A stretch of DNA of 64,000 nt from Chloropicon primus. Lineage: Eukaryota. Made by a program: the position numbers and the translations under genes. The notes under the pieces were generated by a model. The model saw only the letters and a program-made list of their open reading frames with translations. It was not told where the DNA came from and made no database searches. The stretch spans positions 744,001-808,000 of the forward strand of contig CP060759.1 in the NCBI GenBank assembly GCA_023205875.1, written 5' to 3'. Positions 1-10,766 of the stretch are shown in pieces. Position 1 is the stretch's first letter. The number at the start of each line of letters is the position of its first letter.

Positions 1-36
1 GTTGTGTTGTTTGTTGAGCGGGAAGGGGCTGGCGAG

Positions 37-516
37 ATGTTGCAAGTGGTGACGAGGTTTGTGGGACGGGTGCTCTTCGCATTCCTTTTCGTGTCGTCGG
101 GACTGTCGAAGACGCAAGGGCTTTTCGTCAACACCACGGCGATGGTGAGTTTGCTGCAACCGCGGATCATCAAGTTCGTGGAGACTTTTATGACGTTCCT
201 TCACCTGAAGGAGGTGGACCAGCCGGAGGTGACGCCAGCGATTGCGACGTACTTGCTCTACGCGACGATATTTTTGGAACTGGTGGGCGGGGTTTGCTTC
301 ATCTTCTTCCCTCGAGCGGGGTCTGGGCTCCTGGCGTTGTACCTGTTGTGCGTTACTCCCATCATGCACGACTTTTACAACCACGCGCCAGGTTCGCAGG
401 CGTACGTGGCCGAGATGATCCACTTCTTGAAGAACGTGGCGCTGCTGGGGGCGACTTTTTTCGTCATGGGGACGCCGCCTCCGCAGAAGAGGGAGAAGAA
501 GCTCAAGGCGAGCTGA
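37..516 (+). CDS. DoxX/SURF4-like (HR-like lesion-inducing) membrane protein
   Basis: ATG at 37; motifs GRVLFAFLFVSSG, ELVGG, TPIMHDFYN and HFLKNVALLG; about 4 TM helices; Lys-rich C-terminus KKLKAS. Confidence 0.8.
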   Translation: MLQVVTRFVGRVLFAFLFVSSGLSKTQGLFVNTTAMVSLLQPRIIKFVETFMTFLHLKEVDQPEVTPAIATYLLYATIFLELVGGVCFIFFPRAGSGLLALYLLCVTPIMHDFYNHAPGSQAYVAEMIHFLKNVALLGATFFVMGTPPPQKREKKLKAS

Positions 517-712
517 AGCTGAAGCTGAGCCGAGAGAGAGAAAGAGAGAGAGAGAGTTCACCGGACAGAGAGAGAGGGAGAGAGAGAGATCACGATCTTC
601 TCCTCCTCTTTCTTTCGTGTCTTGTGTGTGTGTGTTGTTGTTGTTACCTTTTCTTTTCTGTAATATTACTTGCTCCTCCGTAATCAGTCCATATGTTGTC
701 CAGGATGGAGCA

Positions 713-3007
713 CTAGAGTACAAGGACGCGCTTCAGGAAGCCGAGGACCGACAGGATCGAGTACGAGCCGAGGGCAAGTAAGGATGCCAGTTCCCGGCCC
801 GACCGCTCGTGGCCCTGGCGGAACAGCCTGAACGCCTCGGTCTCGTTCCTCTCGACACCGTCCGCGCCGAAGAAGTGCACGTCGCCCAGGGAGAAGTAGG
901 CGGCCACGTTGCCTCGAAGGACGGCCTCCTCGTAGTGCTCCACCGCCTTGGTGGGCTTGGCCTCCGCGCAGCCGTGGGTGTCGCCGAAGAGGTAGCAGTC
1001 CCCAAGCTTTTGGTGCGCCCAGCCCTTGAGCACGTCAGTGGCCTCCACACCACCCAGGATGACGTCCTCGAGTACAACCCGGGTGTCGGCGGGGTCGTCC
1101 GCCAGGAAGCGTTCGCCCTCGTCCCTCCCCAGCAGCCTCCTGAGGCCGTTGTTGCGCTTGGAACGCCGGCTGTCGAGCAGGAAGAGGATGTTGTATCCGG
1201 CGATGCTGTAGCCCAATTGAGCTGCCCTCTTGTACGCAGCGTAAGCCCCATCAAGGTCGCCATCCAAGTAGCTCTTCAGCCCCGTGGACAGCTCGTTCGC
1301 CCAAGGCCCGATCTTGGCCATTTGCCAAAAGTGCTCAAAGGCTGACGAGCAATTCCTTTCTTCTCCCCCTTCCCCATACGCTTTGAACTGGCCCAAGTAG
1401 TGGTTTGCGAGAGCACTGTTTTTTGCGGCCACCTTGAAGTACTCCACGGCCCTGGCCTTGTGCCCTGGGTCCTCATCGTTCAGAATCAAGGCGGCGTTCA
1501 AGGCGCCCTGGCTGGAGCCGAGACTCGCCGCCTCCTCGAAGTTAGCCAACGCCTCGGTGCGATTGGGTTCGAGACCCCCCTTGCCGTAGAAGTGAGCGAA
1601 ACCCAGACCGTTGTAGCTCTCTGATAAGTGGAGTCTGTCCACCGACCTTGTGGTGATGCCTTGATAAAGCTCGATCGCTCGCTGCCCTCCCCCTTGGGCC
1701 GCTCCGTCGACGAGATCGCCACGAAGAAGCATCTTCGCGAGCGCAATGCTCCCCACGTCTGACCCCAGGTCGTGAGCCATCTTGAAATAAGACAGGGCCT
1801 CAGTCATGTTCTTAGGGAAGCCATTGTGGCCGTAGAAGTGCCTGTTCGCTAAAGTGAGGGCCGCGTCTGCAGACCCGCCCTCTGCCATCGTCTTCAGAGC
1901 CCAGGAGTCGTCCGCATCAGTGCCTGCGTTATCCTGCCTCGATTGGTGCACGCGCTCAGACAGCAAAACCTCCTCGACGCTAAACTGCTGGCCCGGCCGC
2001 TGGTAGTTCGTGCTCGCGATAGACGAAGCCATCTGCATGTAGAACAGCGCGGTGTGGCAAGACTTCGGATTCTGATCGAGGCCCAGCCAATTCTTCCAAG
2101 CGAGCTGGAGAATGGCAGGAATCTTCTCGTTGCCCTTCGCTTCGTGCGATTTGCGAAGCAGCTCCCAGTTTCCTTCGAAGACGGACCCCTTGCCCTCAAT
2201 CGAACATTCCTCCCCCTCGTCCACTGCATCATCATCGTGGGTCGGGCACAAGACTCCCTGGTGGCCAGGCTTCACCAGGTCTGCGAGATCAGCCTCCCTC
2301 TGGCACGTCCAGAGAGAATGATCCCTCCTCGTTATTTTTCTAAGGTTCCTCGCTGCGCTCGCGAACTTTTGTCGAACTTCGCAGTCCAGCAAGGGATAGA
2401 AACTTTCCCCCCCGGTTCCAACTTCAAGCTGAGACAGCAGTCCAACAAAGCCTTTGCTCGTTGCTCCGACATCCTTGCCCAGCAGAAAGTCTGCATCGTT
2501 CAACACGGGAGGGGACCGCAACTCTATCTCTGAATCTATTTCCCCATCAATGTAAAGCCGCATCACAAAGTTCTTCGAGCCCATTTTCTTTCCAAACGTC
2601 AAAACCAAGTGACTCCAGGACTCGAGCTTGAGCTCCCGCCTGCTTGTGGCCCAAACCTCCCCTTGCTCGCCCATAACGCGATACGTGACTTGATTGGTGT
2701 GTGGCACCAGCCAAATCGAGGGCGTGCGCTCCGTGTTGTCCCTGCCTTTGAAGAAGATGCCACGGAAGTGCTCGGTCGCGTCCTCTCCGAGATATACGCT
2801 GAGTGAGACATAGAAGCTGCTCGTGCAAGTCCCGTTTCCAGAGATGCCTGGAACGTCGCTGGAGGGAATCTTGTGCTGAACCTCGCCATCTGTAGATATC
2901 ACGCCCCCTAGGATGAGGTCTGTTCCCGTTTCAGCGAGTGCCCCGTGCAGCAAAGCAAGGCACGCGAAGAGAAAGAGAAAGAGTAAACGACAACCTCTTT
3001 CCCTCAT
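713..3007 (-). CDS. Membrane-anchored LamG/concanavalin-A-like domain + SEL1-repeat protein (SEL1L3-like architecture)
   Basis: Signal peptide (LLFLFLFACLALLHGALA); LamG-like region (WSHLVLTF...MRLYIDG); multiple SEL1 repeats (LANRHFYGHNGFPKNMTEAL, LGFAHFYGKGGLEPNRTEAL, LGDVHFFGADGVERNETEA); hydrophobic C-terminus. Confidence 0.75.
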   Translation of the reverse strand: MRERGCRLLFLFLFACLALLHGALAETGTDLILGGVISTDGEVQHKIPSSDVPGISGNGTCTSSFYVSLSVYLGEDATEHFRGIFFKGRDNTERTPSIWLVPHTNQVTYRVMGEQGEVWATSRRELKLESWSHLVLTFGKKMGSKNFVMRLYIDGEIDSEIELRSPPVLNDADFLLGKDVGATSKGFVGLLSQLEVGTGGESFYPLLDCEVRQKFASAARNLRKITRRDHSLWTCQREADLADLVKPGHQGVLCPTHDDDAVDEGEECSIEGKGSVFEGNWELLRKSHEAKGNEKIPAILQLAWKNWLGLDQNPKSCHTALFYMQMASSIASTNYQRPGQQFSVEEVLLSERVHQSRQDNAGTDADDSWALKTMAEGGSADAALTLANRHFYGHNGFPKNMTEALSYFKMAHDLGSDVGSIALAKMLLRGDLVDGAAQGGGQRAIELYQGITTRSVDRLHLSESYNGLGFAHFYGKGGLEPNRTEALANFEEAASLGSSQGALNAALILNDEDPGHKARAVEYFKVAAKNSALANHYLGQFKAYGEGGEERNCSSAFEHFWQMAKIGPWANELSTGLKSYLDGDLDGAYAAYKRAAQLGYSIAGYNILFLLDSRRSKRNNGLRRLLGRDEGERFLADDPADTRVVLEDVILGGVEATDVLKGWAHQKLGDCYLFGDTHGCAEAKPTKAVEHYEEAVLRGNVAAYFSLGDVHFFGADGVERNETEAFRLFRQGHERSGRELASLLALGSYSILSVLGFLKRVLVL

Positions 3008-3501
3008 ACTGCCCCATACGCCTTGGCCCTGTATTTTCTTCCCCACTCACACGGTTTTTGCCATAGTCTGGTTGCTTCCTCCTCAACCCCCTCCGTCCCT
3101 TCCCGGACTTCCGTCTTGGTTTGGTGCGAGGTGGTCTCTCGGCCTTCCTGTGGAGCCCAACCCCAGCGGTGCAGGTGCTCCTTCCGTCCTCTCTTCCTCT
3201 CTCTCTCTCTCTCTCGCTGTCCTGTCCTGAAAAGAACAAAAGGAAAATGCCAAGATTGGATCTTGGGGAGAACCTCAAGCTTGGGGGAGGAGACACTTGA
3301 GTGTGAGGAGACGCGCTTCAGTGCACGACGAGGGAAGGGGGAAGAGGTTTGGGTCGGACAGAACGATAGAGCATCTCGCGGGCTTTCGAATGAACTCTCG
3401 GTCGACCAGTTGACGTCCCGCAGTGCACTGCTTGGAAGCGTTTGTGTGGGGACTAGGAACTTGCAAACTTGCACAGAGGGAGGAGGGGAGACCAGGTTTA
3501 G

Positions 3502-4151
3502 ATGGCGAAGCTCAAGAGTCTTGTCGCCCTGAGTGTCTTGGTGCTGGCGACGAGCTTGGTGCTGGTCGAGGGGGGCGATAGGAGGCAAAAATTTCGAGAA
3601 GGCCGGCGCACGTACACACCAGCTCCACCACCGCGACCCAGAACGGAAGACTTGGGGGGGGGAGGTGTGCAAACAAAAGGCGTTGTGCCGGACGAGGCAC
3701 CTGATCTCGAGACTTCAGCTTCTTGGTCTACATGCAACGTTACAGGTGAGTAGTCACTTCTCGGCGAGGAGGAGAGAAAGTGCGGGAGAAGAAACTGGTT
3801 CCAGCCGATAGTAGACTAAACACTCGGTACGCGTTCCCTGTGTCTCTCCGTCTCTCTTTCCCTGGCATGAACGATCCTTTTCTTTGCGCAGGGAAGTGCA
3901 TCAAGTGCACGCGGGAAGAGATGATAAAAGACCCCACGAGCTGCAAGGCAACAAGGCATCGGCGCCAGATCACCTGCATCGATCCCGGCAAGGAGGGTGA
4001 GGGGCGAGTGACGCCGAGGGAGACGTTCACCATGTACGAAAGCTGTAAGGTTGACAGGCCGCTGGGGTTAGGCAGCTTCATGGGAATCATGCTCGCGATT
4101 CTAATCTTCTCGAGCCCGATGGTCGTGATAAGGCGGAGGCGAGCTCGGTGA
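3502..4151 (+). CDS. JTB (jumping translocation breakpoint)-like Cys-rich single-pass membrane protein; exons 3502-3745 and 3892-4151
   Basis: Signal peptide; GT-AG intron 3746-3891 joins in frame (TCNVTG|KCIKC); six Cys, then a TM helix and basic tail (VVIRRRRAR), the JTB layout. Confidence 0.65.
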
Positions 4152-4241
4152 GGAGGAATGCCCCAAGGAGGAGCCATGTAACTGCTAGCAGTAGAATAGT
4201 TATTAATATACAAAACAATAAAATAGAATAGTTCCCAAAGT

Positions 4242-5441
4242 TTATCTAGAGAGAGAGAGGCCGAAGAATCCAGTCATGATCGTAATGGCGCCTACGACGT
4301 TCAGAGCCACGGCCCTTCTGTTCGAGAGGTACGTTGCGTTTCGAGTGATCAAGTCTATGATCACAACCATTGGCGTCTCTATGGACATGCCCACGTTGGC
4401 ACTCGTCGGACCGATGAAGAGAACTGCGTAGGCCCACATGTAGTTCGAAAGCAGGTTGTCCATCAGGCCCTTGAGCATGACCATTCCGTAGAGCTTTGCC
4501 GGCAGGTCTTGCATGTTGTTCTGACCTGCGAGGCAGAGTATCACGTTCAGGGGCATCATCACGCACAGGTTTATCAAGCCCGTGCAGCCCCAGAAGAAGG
4601 CCATCTCAGCTTCCCCGCTCTTCGGCAGGTACTTGCCGATAATGATAGAGACGACTGCGTACAAGCCCGACGAGATGAGGCAAAGGAAGTCCCCGAGGAG
4701 AGCGTTCCTGCTGTCCTCCTCGGGACCGCTCCCCCTGTAGTTCCCGAAGCACCAAAGCACAGTCCCGAGAACGCAAAAGCCGATCGCGGCCACCTTGGTC
4801 CAGCTGAACTTGGCCTTCATGACCCTCAGCTCCAAGAAGTACGTGAACAAGCTCGTGCCACCGATGCTCAATATGGTGTTCGACATAACGCTCGTGAGGA
4901 CGAAGGACCAGTTGTAAATATAGAGGCACGTGAACCAGAGGGGCCACACGCACAAGGCAACGAGGAAGGCGTTCTTCCTCTTCTCGTACTTTCCCTCCTC
5001 CCCCTCGAGCCGCCCGTTGTTGTTGCTTTGGCCCCAATCCTCGTCCCCCTCCCTCCTCGAGGGAGAGAGGAGGACGTTCTCCTCCTCCTCCCCCTTCTGC
5101 CGCTTGGAGGTGATCCAGTCCTTCAACAGGCACACCGGCAAGAGCACCGAGAACATGGAGTTCGCCAGCGACGTCAGCAGCAGCGGCGTCATCCCTTGGC
5201 CCTCCAAGTCCCTCACCCAGTACGAGCTCACCACCCATATGAACGCCGCACAGGTCACGCAGCTGAATCCCTTGACCTGATTCAGCTTGCACCAAGCGCT
5301 CCTCCCTTGGTTCGCGCCGTCAACTTCCGCGCTCCGAGCCAGAGTCACGGGGTCCTCGCTCTCGTCCCCCGCCCCCTCATTAGACGTCGTCGTCGACGAC
5401 GGAGGAGGAGAGAACCCCCCCTTCGTCCGTCGCTCGCTCAT
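4242..5441 (-). CDS. SLC35F/EamA (DMT superfamily) transporter
   Basis: About 10 TM helices; TSVMSNTILS...SLFT, LLGDFLCLISSGLYA, LSNYMWAYAVL, GMSIETP motifs resemble SLC35F5/THI74. Confidence 0.8.
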   Translation of the reverse strand: MSERRTKGGFSPPPSSTTTSNEGAGDESEDPVTLARSAEVDGANQGRSAWCKLNQVKGFSCVTCAAFIWVVSSYWVRDLEGQGMTPLLLTSLANSMFSVLLPVCLLKDWITSKRQKGEEEENVLLSPSRREGDEDWGQSNNNGRLEGEEGKYEKRKNAFLVALCVWPLWFTCLYIYNWSFVLTSVMSNTILSIGGTSLFTYFLELRVMKAKFSWTKVAAIGFCVLGTVLWCFGNYRGSGPEEDSRNALLGDFLCLISSGLYAVVSIIIGKYLPKSGEAEMAFFWGCTGLINLCVMMPLNVILCLAGQNNMQDLPAKLYGMVMLKGLMDNLLSNYMWAYAVLFIGPTSANVGMSIETPMVVIIDLITRNATYLSNRRAVALNVVGAITIMTGFFGLSLSR

Positions 5442-5821
5442 CGCTCGCTCCTCTATGCTGCTTCTCTGCTCGGCTTTGGGTCGACCACGACGAGAGCGAG
5501 AGCGAGAGCGAGGATGTTTGTGTCGAGGTAGAGGCCCAAGGGAGGGGAGGGAGGGGAGTGCGCCGGCCGAGAGGTGCTCCCCCGAGGGCTTTCTATCGTC
5601 CAGCTACCGCGGCTTGTCCTTGTGGAGCGAGCGACCGAAGAAGACAAAGAGGGAGAGCGCGAGCGAGAGGGAGAGGGGGGGACAAGGCGGGAAGAGGAAT
5701 GGGTGGTCGTTCGCGAGGGGGCACGGGACGAAGTGGTAGCTAAGAACTGAACTTGGTCCTCCTCGACTTGGCACCACCAGGGGCTGGGGGCTGGGTCGGA
5801 GGAGAGGGGGGGGAGGGAGGA

Positions 5822-6085
5822 ATGACAGTCCACCGAAAGCGAAAGTGCTTGACGCTGCAGGACATCACGACTGATGCTGTTGCCAGGAACCTCGATGGAT
5901 ACGCTTCGCTGGGAGTGATACCGCTGGATGTTGCCGCGAAGCTTCTTCAGAGAGTTTTGCAGCTCGGGGTCCTCACTCCGCACAGCTCGGCGCTCCTTGC
6001 AGAGACGGGCCACGAAGAGATTGTGCGGTTTCTCCGGCAGTGCAAGTCCCTGCCCCCCATCCTACCGACGAGGTGTGGCAACTAG
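5822..6085 (+). CDS. Small hypothetical protein (87 aa) with BC-box-like N-terminus
   Basis: ATG at 5822; LTLQDITTDAVARNL...LGVIPLDVAAKLL resembles elongin-binding/LRR N-terminal helices. Confidence 0.5.
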   Translation: MTVHRKRKCLTLQDITTDAVARNLDGYASLGVIPLDVAAKLLQRVLQLGVLTPHSSALLAETGHEEIVRFLRQCKSLPPILPTRCGN

Positions 6086-6093
6086 TGCCATGC

Positions 6094-6402
6094 ATGGTGG
6101 CGAAGCCCAGGGATCAGTTAGTTGCCTCCAAGCAGTTGGTCCCTCGTGAGGGAGCTGACGTCCCCGTGAGGGAGCTTCCTCGCTTGATGCGTGCGGTGTC
6201 GCGGGCAGAAGCTGTGGGGAAGACTGAGGCTTGTCCAGCCCGAGGGACGACGAGCCAAGCATCTCCCGTGGCTCGAGGATTGCGCCGAGGATCGCCGCCG
6301 GGGCGTCACGGCAGGGATCAGACCACTAAGAGCGTTATGGAGTTTATGAAGATCCACAGAAGGAGAGCAGATCCAAAGCAGCCTCGGAGTTCTATTTTGT
6401 AA
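6094..6402 (+). CDS. Small basic hypothetical protein (102 aa)
   Basis: ATG 8 nt after the previous stop; its stop overlaps a TGTAA poly(A) signal; no recognisable domain. Confidence 0.3.
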   Translation: MVAKPRDQLVASKQLVPREGADVPVRELPRLMRAVSRAEAVGKTEACPARGTTSQASPVARGLRRGSPPGRHGRDQTTKSVMEFMKIHRRRADPKQPRSSIL

Positions 6403-7453
6403 CAAAACTTTTTGTATTATCCTCCACAACTCTCCAAGTTTTTTGAAATTCTCTCGCGTTTCGACGACGGGGCTGATTGACGAGAGACGCCATAACCCCC
6501 AAGAAGCCCTTCCCAATCCCCACTCCTCACTTTGCATGAGACCTTCTCCAAGGGAAATCTTGGAGAGTTGTCGCGTATGTCGTGACTGGGCTGTGTCCCT
6601 CGCACCACCTCAATCGATGTCGATTTTTTGGGGTAACAACCCACCCACGATCTTCCTTCCCTAGGAAAAGTGGCCTCCTCTTTCGTTCTTCCTGGTCAGG
6701 CCCTGACAGGAAAAATCTTGTGCTCCTCAAAATTTGTAGCAAGACGTGTACAGAGAGTTCCCTCCCTCCCTCGCCCTTATTCAAGTCCTTGGAGCCGAGA
6801 ACCAGAGCCAAGAACCAGAACCAAGTGCTTTAGAAAGGGACATCATGAAGAGAGAGAGAGAGGTTTTCGTTTTTTTCTCCGGAGTGTTGGCCCCTTTCTT
6901 TTGCTCTTCCTCTTGCTCTTCCTTCTGGGTCGTTTGTCGTTTCGATTGACGATGGCCTTTTTAACAGAGAGAGGGAGAGAGCTTGTGGGGCTTGGTTTCC
7001 TCCCTGGGGGAAAGAACTACTCAAAGCCCTCACCGGAAGGAATTGTTGAGTGATTTGGTTGCTACTGCCCACTTCGGGAGGGGGAAGCAATTGAGGCGCT
7101 CCACATTAGCATTGTTGATGGAGAAAACCTTGGAGCAGTTTGAGCTTGGAGGGTGGTACCTCGATAGATAGGTACAAGACGACGCCTTGGGATACTACAT
7201 GATTTAGGAGCTCAAGGAGGGAACACGGACACGGTAAAACGTGTGGAACCCCGCGGAAGCGAAAGTCTTGCCAGTCCTCGAGGACGGATCCTCGCGATTC
7301 ACCAACCGACGGACCGATCAATCAAAACACAACATTTTGCAATCGGTTTCCTGCCTCAGAGGTTGTCCCAGTCGTGTACCGCAGTGAGGGATGCAAAGTT
7401 GAATACGAAACAGGAACCTAGCACGTATTACGAGTCCCGCCCTGCAAGGAAAG

Positions 7454-9031
7454 ATGAGGACCTCCAAGTTGTCCGTGGATGAATTTGCTCAGGTAATTTG
7501 TTTTTCGATGACCGTCTCGTTTCCTCTTGTCCCTCCACCACCAGGGGAGGGGCCAATACCTTGAGGTAGGGGGACCCCCAAACTAACTCTCCGCTTTACT
7601 ACCTAGGCCACGGAAATAATCCCAAACAAGTTCTACTACGCCGTCGTGAAGCGCGTGGACTCGCCGCAGCGCTCAGCCGTTGCACGCGCGAACTTGGTGT
7701 TCTCCATTGATGAGGAGTTGGTAAGTGTCGCTCGGATCCTGCATCTCTTTCCTTGGCCACCACCTTGCCTCGATTCCTGCCGGCCAAATTGCGCCTTGCT
7801 GACCAAGCTGGACTTTTGAAAACAGGTTTATGAAGCGTTCTACGCGGACTTTGGCCCGCTCAACCTTGGGCAGCTCTGGCGCTTCGCGAAGAAGCTCGAG
7901 GCGTACTTGAAGGCCGCAGAGAAGGACAACAAGAGAGTATATTTGTACACGTATTCAAGGGGGGACACGAAGGCCAACTCATGCGTGCTCGTTGGGGCCT
8001 ACCTCATCCTTTACAGGGACTACTCGGTGCAGGACGCTTACAAGCACTTCATTGGTTACGCCCCTTTCCTTCCGTACAGAGACGCTTCGTGCGGGATCTC
8101 GACGTTCAACTTGACGGCCCTTGACTGTCTCAAGGGGGTGTATAGGGCCAAGGTGACGGGATTGATTGACCACCACCTCGGGGAGGACAGCAAGTTCAAG
8201 GTGGAGGAGTATGAATTTTATGAACAGGTTGAGAATGGGGATATGAATTGGATCGTGCCGAACAAGTTTCTGGCGTTCAGTGGGCCAACCTCGAAGAGGG
8301 AGCCTTGCTATGGCTTCTACACCAAGATACCGGAGGACTACACTGGCTATTTCAACGAGAATGGGGTGAAGGCCGTCATTAGGCTGAATAACAAGATGTA
8401 CGACAGGAAGAGGTTCACCAAGGCTGGCATCCAGCACTTCGAGCTGTACTTTCCTGACGGGAGCTGCCCGCCGGACACCATCCGCAAGAAGTTCTTGGAG
8501 ATCACCGAGAACATTCGAGGTGGCATCGCCGTTCACTGCAAGGCGGGGTTGGGAAGGACTGGCGTGCTGATCGCGTGCTACATGATGAAGCACTTCAACT
8601 TTTCTGCGAGGGAGGCGATCTCTTGGATCCGCATCTGCCGTCCAGGCAGCATCATCGGCCCCCAGCAGCACTACCTTTGTGAGGTCGAGATGCAGATGAA
8701 GCAGGAAGGCAACGACTTCCGCGCCAGGAATGACATGAAATTCCAGAGCCCACTCAGGGCGGCGTCTATTGACGATGTGAGCGAGAGCGAGAACAGCCCA
8801 AAGGGAGTCCTCAAGTCACCAAGGAAGGTTTTCTCTGGTTATACGAAGACTGGGGAGGGTCACGCCTCCCCAAAGAAGGTGGTCGGCAAGACCTTGGACA
8901 TGTCTCCAGTGCTTCAAGTGTTGCCGAGGTCGCCTCTGCAGGGTCTCGGAAGCAAAAGTCCAAAGTCCCCGTCTCAGAGGCACGTCGCGATGAACGGGCA
9001 GCCAAGAAAGATCAAGCTCAACTCCACTTGA
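7454..9031 (+). CDS. CDC14: Dual-specificity phosphatase CDC14; exons 7454-7492, 7607-7720, 7826-9031
   Basis: FSIDEEL|VYEAFYADFGPLN, PYRDAS, ENGDMNWIVP, catalytic VHCKAGLGRTG, RPGSIIGPQQ; two in-frame GT-AG introns, branch site ACTAAC near 7582. Confidence 0.95.
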
Positions 9032-9142
9032 ACGACAAGGAGGAGGCCGCGACGCTAAGCGCGCATAAAAAATATGAAAACTATGATGTTTGTGATTCAA
9101 CCACACAGACGGCCATTCTTTTCTTCCCGTCGATCGATCGAT
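8927..9142 (+). repeat. Direct repeat copy 1 (~216 bp: last ~34 codons and 3' flank of CDC14)
   Basis: Near-identical to 10767-10984 at offset 1840; differences seen are ctg/ctt and a small indel at ccacacagacgg/ccacacgacgacgg. Confidence 0.95.
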
Positions 9143-9280
9143 CACACCACGATACGAGGATCCTCCTATGGTGGATAGAAAAAAAAAAAGTCGATTGAAG
9201 AGAGATCTGCTTACTTCTGCTTCGGGTTTGTCCCAGGGCAAGGGAAGCTTCAAAAAATTCAGCTGCTGGAAGAATCACAC

Positions 9281-10477
9281 TCACTGGTCGCCAGCGGCCC
9301 ACCTGTAGGAGCGCTGGTCCTCGCCGGCGTCCTCGCCGCAGAAGGCAACCTCGCCGGAGATCAAGATGGTCTCCTCTGGGATGTTGGCCCATCCATGGCG
9401 TTGGATGTCGGCCAACGCCATGGTTGGGCCGTTCAAATCAGCGCACTTCAAGGGAAGCTCCAGAGTCACGCGAACGGCGTGGTTGCCCTCGGGCATCTCC
9501 TCCATTCCGGAAGGCCAGCAAGCCGACTTCACGTTCTGGCTGAAATCGTAGTCCCAGTCCAAAGAGGTGACACAGTCCTTGACGGTGCCGTCCTCCATCA
9601 GGAGGGGAACTCCACCAACAAATGCCTGGCCAATGTCATCAGCAACGGACCTCGCGCCACCGGCGATGCTCTGCCACCAGCCCTTGCAATCCTGGTCCTC
9701 TCCGTCACGGACGGTCGTGTTCCAGAGCTCCTGAGGGACGGGCTCGCAGGTCTCGCTGGCGGCATCCTTGGCATACTGCTTCATCATGTCGCCAAAATCA
9801 GCGTGCTGCGACTCCTCGGCATCGACGTCCCCGTCGTGGTCCTCGATCTCGTCGTCGTCGTCGTCGTAATCCTCCGTCTGGTTATCACCAGCCACGATGG
9901 TGTCTCCCAACGCAAGACCAACGTAGGAGCGCTGGTCCTCGCCGGCATCATCGCCGCAGAGAGCAACCTCACCGGACACCATGTAGGCCTGCAGTGGGAC
10001 ATCGGACCAGTCCGTGCTGTCGTCGTAGTCGGCCGCATCGACGCACTGCAGGGGAAGGCCGAGGCGAATGCGCACAGCGTGGTTTTCCTCGGGCTCCTCC
10101 TCCATTCCGGAAGGCCAGCAAGCCGACTGGACGATCTGGCTGTAGTCATCCAGAGGCATGCTGTTCACGCAGATCTTCTCCGTTCCATTCACCAGAAGGG
10201 GAGCGCCGTTCTCGAAGGCCTGACCGATGTCGTCAGCAACGGACCTCGCGTCACCGGCGATGCTCTGCCACCAGCCCTCGCAGTCCTGGTTGGTGCCGTT
10301 GCGCATCGTCGTGTTCCACATCTCCTGGGGGATGTCCTCGCAGGTTCCGTTCGCGCTGTGAGCGAGGAACTGCCTCATCGCGTCCCCGAAGTCCTGCTGG
10401 TCCTGGGCGACGGCTCCACCGGCCACCGCCAGCGCGAGCGCGAGGCTCGCTGCCAAGTACTTGCTGGTGTGCACCAT
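9281..10477 (-). CDS. Secreted acidic Cys-containing protein with two ~160-aa internal repeats; function unknown
   Basis: ATG 10477 with signal peptide MVHTSKYLAASLALALAVAGGAVA; repeats DFGD.M...WWQSIAG.ARSVADDIGQAF...SACWPSGMEE...GEDQRSY at about 10393-9923 and 9799-9305; Asp-rich linker. Confidence 0.85.
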   Translation of the reverse strand: MVHTSKYLAASLALALAVAGGAVAQDQQDFGDAMRQFLAHSANGTCEDIPQEMWNTTMRNGTNQDCEGWWQSIAGDARSVADDIGQAFENGAPLLVNGTEKICVNSMPLDDYSQIVQSACWPSGMEEEPEENHAVRIRLGLPLQCVDAADYDDSTDWSDVPLQAYMVSGEVALCGDDAGEDQRSYVGLALGDTIVAGDNQTEDYDDDDDEIEDHDGDVDAEESQHADFGDMMKQYAKDAASETCEPVPQELWNTTVRDGEDQDCKGWWQSIAGGARSVADDIGQAFVGGVPLLMEDGTVKDCVTSLDWDYDFSQNVKSACWPSGMEEMPEGNHAVRVTLELPLKCADLNGPTMALADIQRHGWANIPEETILISGEVAFCGEDAGEDQRSYRWAAGDQ

Positions 10478-10766
10478 CGTCGTCGTTGTCTTCGTTGTTC
10501 GTCGTCGGTTCCCGGTTCGTCTCGTCTTCTTACTCGCCGTGCGTTCGTTGTCCGATCGAGGTCGCCGAGGTGTTGCTCTCTTTCTGTCTCCCCACTTTTC
10601 GGCCGACCTCCCACAGGCAGGCAGGCGGCGGCCATGCCTCCCAAAGTCACGCACCGTCGCCCCTCTCGGAAAGACGTAACGCCCCGCGTCTCCAAACCAC
10701 TTCTGGAGAGTGTGATCGTGTCTTGAGGACGCCGAGCGCAGTGGTGGGATGGCGGGCAGGGGTTAT

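Noticed and set aside
6403..7453. About 1 kb without a convincing gene upstream of CDC14
   Set aside because: Only short motif-less ORFs and no recognisable snRNA, tRNA or snoRNA; likely promoter or 5' UTR.
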